Shown one piece after another: positions 61,407-64,000 of a stretch of 64,000 bases of DNA. The DNA comes from a bacterium (GTDB lineage: Bacteria > Armatimonadota > UBA5829): contig JAJFVF010000012.1 in NCBI GenBank assembly GCA_021371935.1, forward strand, positions 177,909 to 241,908, given 5' to 3'. The notes beneath the pieces are model-generated. The model saw only the letters and a program-made list of their open reading frames with translations, did no database searches and had not been told where the DNA came from. The first letter of the stretch is position 1. Every line of letters starts with the position of its first letter. The position numbers and the translations under genes are program-made.

Positions 61407-64000
61407 TTAGTCTATAGGCACTATCCCGCTTGAATCACTGACTTTCACAAGCCTGTGCGGCACACTCTGATTCATATAAATCGAGCTGATACCGGTCACT
61501 CGAACAAACGTATCCGTATTTGGAGGCGTCAGGCCCGGTATCGACACTCTGACGCCAGTATATCCTGAACCGTCGTCGCAGCCGGAACCATCGTCGATGT
61601 AGAAGAAACCTGTGCTCCCACCTTTGACACGTCCGACAATCGTTACCAGCAGCCCGATGTTATTCGTGCCTGCCCCGTTGAACACGCCGCATTGTCCGGC
61701 TCCCGTATACTCGTTGTAGCGCCAGTCACTGCCTCCCAGGCTTTTTGAAGTCATCGCAAAGGACCTGATATCGCAGGAACCCGCCGTAATGAGTGAATCG
61801 GCCTGAATGTATCGTTCACCGTTGGAGTCGGTGGACATCGTCCCTTCGACATTTACGCGCGACCCAGCCACAAGCCCGTGACTCGGTTTGCATACTTGAA
61901 TGCCTATCGAGCGGTCGTCCGATTCGATATAGAATGAGTCATCAAACGCCGCCGATATACCGGCATTCATAATCGCGACAAGGTCCATATCAGGTGAGGC
62001 TTTGGCTTGGGCGATTGTGTCGGCGATGTATGCGACAATCTGCACGGTGTCGGTTGCGCCATAGATCGGTATTGCGCCCATCGCCATCGTGTTCATCGCT
62101 CTGGCCGTATTGCTGCCGTCATCCCACAGTCCGATGGTTGTCGAATCGCCGGGCTGCATATTGTGCATAAGAGAGATTTTCGCAAGTTTCATAGACGTAA
62201 ACGACTGCACGACATTTCCCATAGACGCGCAGGCCAGATCGGCGCCGTATTGCCTTGCTCCGGCAGCATAGCTGTAGAAACCGCTGAGCCTTGCGCAGAT
62301 GTCGTTATGGTAAGAGCTCAATGCGTCGCACCATACTATATCTGCGGCAGGGTTGCCGGTCGCAAGTAATATTTTCCGGTCGACCGGAAGGGCAAGCGGC
62401 CCGGAGGTGGTGGCAGTGTCGAATCCCAATGCCGCGTCGATAAACCAGGTAGGCGTTGTCGTGGCCGCCCAGACATATATATCGAACGGCTCGCCCGCCT
62501 CACACTTGATAGCGCTTATACTCGCTCCTGTGGCGTCTCCCAGCCACATCACAAGTCCACTGCTGCCGCCGTTTTGCAGGTAACCCATATTTTTGCGCAC
62601 GATAGCAAGGTCTGTGACGTCGCACGAGCCGTCGCCATTGATGTCGGCATACTGGTTCGACAGCGTAGATGCCGCCCAGTCGGCCTTTACAATCTCAAAG
62701 TCCGCCAGGTTGACGGTGTCGTCTGCATTGCAGTCACCGTTCGGCAGGGAGACCAATATATCCGACATACTATTCTCAATCGTGACTCCCTTCACAGTGG
62801 TCGTTAGCCAGTGCGCAACTCCGAATGTTACGTCATATACGCCCGTAAGGAGAGTGTCGAACCTTGCATGCCCATCTTCGTCCAGTGTGACAGTATGTGT
62901 CTCAAGCACCACACCGCCGTTGGGATCGTGTATTGCAACGTCGACTTGCTTCCCATCCGGCACATGTATCCAGTCTTCGAGTGTGACTTCAATTGGAACG
63001 CTCACCGGCTGATGTATATTAAAAGTATCCTGACTCGCAGCCGTGATCGTGTAGCTGTTGGATGATATCCTCACGGCGCAGTCCGACGATTCCGGCCCGG
63101 TAACCGTCCATACATACTCACCTGTATTTTCTGCATCCGTGGACAGCGTCTCAGTCGTATCTCCGCGGTCACGTGTAAGCTCGATTGTCAGGGTGCCGTC
63201 GATGTTTGTCGTCTGCCAGGTAATTGACCGAGTCTCTCCGATTCCCCAGGTATCTCCAGCAACCGGCGACAGTATATCGATCGATCGTGTTGCTATTGCG
63301 AACTCGCCGTCTGTGACGTCACTGATGGTCGGGTCGGCAAGGGAAGTCACGCGGATCAGGCAGTACTCTGAGTCCGGCCCGCTTACCACCCAGGCTGCGC
63401 TGCCTGAGTTAGATATGCTCGCTGCAAGCGTTGACCAGTTTGCCCCTGAGTCGCGGCTGATCTCGATCTTCACATTACCCGTCGGCAGGTTCCGCGAGGT
63501 CCAGCTGATAGTAATGATCTCACCCACGGTGTACTGCGCTCCCACGGTTGGAGCAGTGACAGTGATCCCCCGGTCTGTTACGGTGAAGACGGCATTGCTG
63601 GAGTCGTAGACGGTCGGGTAGGAAAGCGACGTTATCTTGACTTTGCAGTTTGTCGATACGGGCGAGGTCACCATCCACTGATAGGAACTGGCGGCGGAAG
63701 TGCTCGCGACGATTGTCTCTAGGCTTGCGCCGCCGTCGCGGGTCAACTCGATCTTCACATTGCCGGTACAGTTCAATCTGGTCCATGAAATAGTCTGTGT
63801 AGTGCCGGTTTCCCAAATCTCGCCGCCGTTTGGTTGAGTGATTGTCAGTGAACGGGTTAAAATCTTAAATGTATTATCGCTGGTATCCGACACAGTCGGG
63901 TCGGCCAGGGAGGTTATCCTTATAAGACAGCGAGAGGACAATGGCGACGTGCATATCCACGTAGCCTGACCGTCATTTGCTGTGGATGCGGCAATAGTCT
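61407..64000 (-). CDS. Large exported protein with Ser/Thr-rich Ig-like repeats, dockerin-like EF-hands and C-terminal tandem OB-like module; 5' partial
   Basis: The frame is open to base 64000. Repeats of PNGGE.W..G....I.W; GDCNADDTVNLADF and ADINGDGSCDVTDL. Confidence 0.85.
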   Translation of the reverse strand, partial: TIAASTANDGQATWICTSPLSSRCLIRITSLADPTVSDTSDNTFKILTRSLTITQPNGGEIWETGTTQTISWTRLNCTGNVKIELTRDGGASLETIVASTSAASSYQWMVTSPVSTNCKVKITSLSYPTVYDSSNAVFTVTDRGITVTAPTVGAQYTVGEIITISWTSRNLPTGNVKIEISRDSGANWSTLAASISNSGSAAWVVSGPDSEYCLIRVTSLADPTISDVTDGEFAIATRSIDILSPVAGDTWGIGETRSITWQTTNIDGTLTIELTRDRGDTTETLSTDAENTGEYVWTVTGPESSDCAVRISSNSYTITAASQDTFNIHQPVSVPIEVTLEDWIHVPDGKQVDVAIHDPNGGVVLETHTVTLDEDGHARFDTLLTGVYDVTFGVAHWLTTTVKGVTIENSMSDILVSLPNGDCNADDTVNLADFEIVKADWAASTLSNQYADINGDGSCDVTDLAIVRKNMGYLQNGGSSGLVMWLGDATGASISAIKCEAGEPFDIYVWAATTTPTWFIDAALGFDTATTSGPLALPVDRKILLATGNPAADIVWCDALSSYHNDICARLSGFYSYAAGARQYGADLACASMGNVVQSFTSMKLAKISLMHNMQPGDSTTIGLWDDGSNTARAMNTMAMGAIPIYGATDTVQIVAYIADTIAQAKASPDMDLVAIMNAGISAAFDDSFYIESDDRSIGIQVCKPSHGLVAGSRVNVEGTMSTDSNGERYIQADSLITAGSCDIRSFAMTSKSLGGSDWRYNEYTGAGQCGVFNGAGTNNIGLLVTIVGRVKGGSTGFFYIDDGSGCDDGSGYTGVRVSIPGLTPPNTDTFVRVTGISSIYMNQSVPHRLVKVSDSSGIVPID

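Overview
A 64-kb bacterial chromosomal window of roughly average GC with about 55 genes. No rRNA, tRNA, CRISPR array, transposase or integrase was recognised. The host is probably a Terrabacteria member, most likely an anaerobic Armatimonadota. This is an inference from three things: DnaK lacks the proteobacterial N-terminal insert, there is a prepilin-like '[14 protein letters not shown]' protein, and two exported proteins share a tandem OB-like C-terminal module. Main content in order: AcrB-type RND pump (partial), solo LuxR, iorAB, a structured intergenic RNA candidate, the hopanoid genes shc-hpnH-hpnA, a NarL-type two-component pair, membrane-fused DUF1638, GH123-like and GH78 glycosidases, a four-PDZ HtrA, an MNT-HEPN toxin-antitoxin pair inside a tagA-pfkB operon, a sugar ABC transporter lacking its binding protein, a full-length but active-site-degenerate CarB, tgt/folC/dgt/pit housekeeping genes, a dnaK-hsp20-cbpA-hspR operon with a HAIR-like operator over a perfect sigma70 promoter, rfbA/rfbC, HD-GYP, exported beta-helix and Ig/dockerin proteins, and a probable mobile-element junction near 60.7 kb that truncates a PD-(D/E)XK-like gene. 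At least three families of small dispersed palindromic or heptamer repeats occur. All product calls come from motif recognition by eye; no database searches were run.
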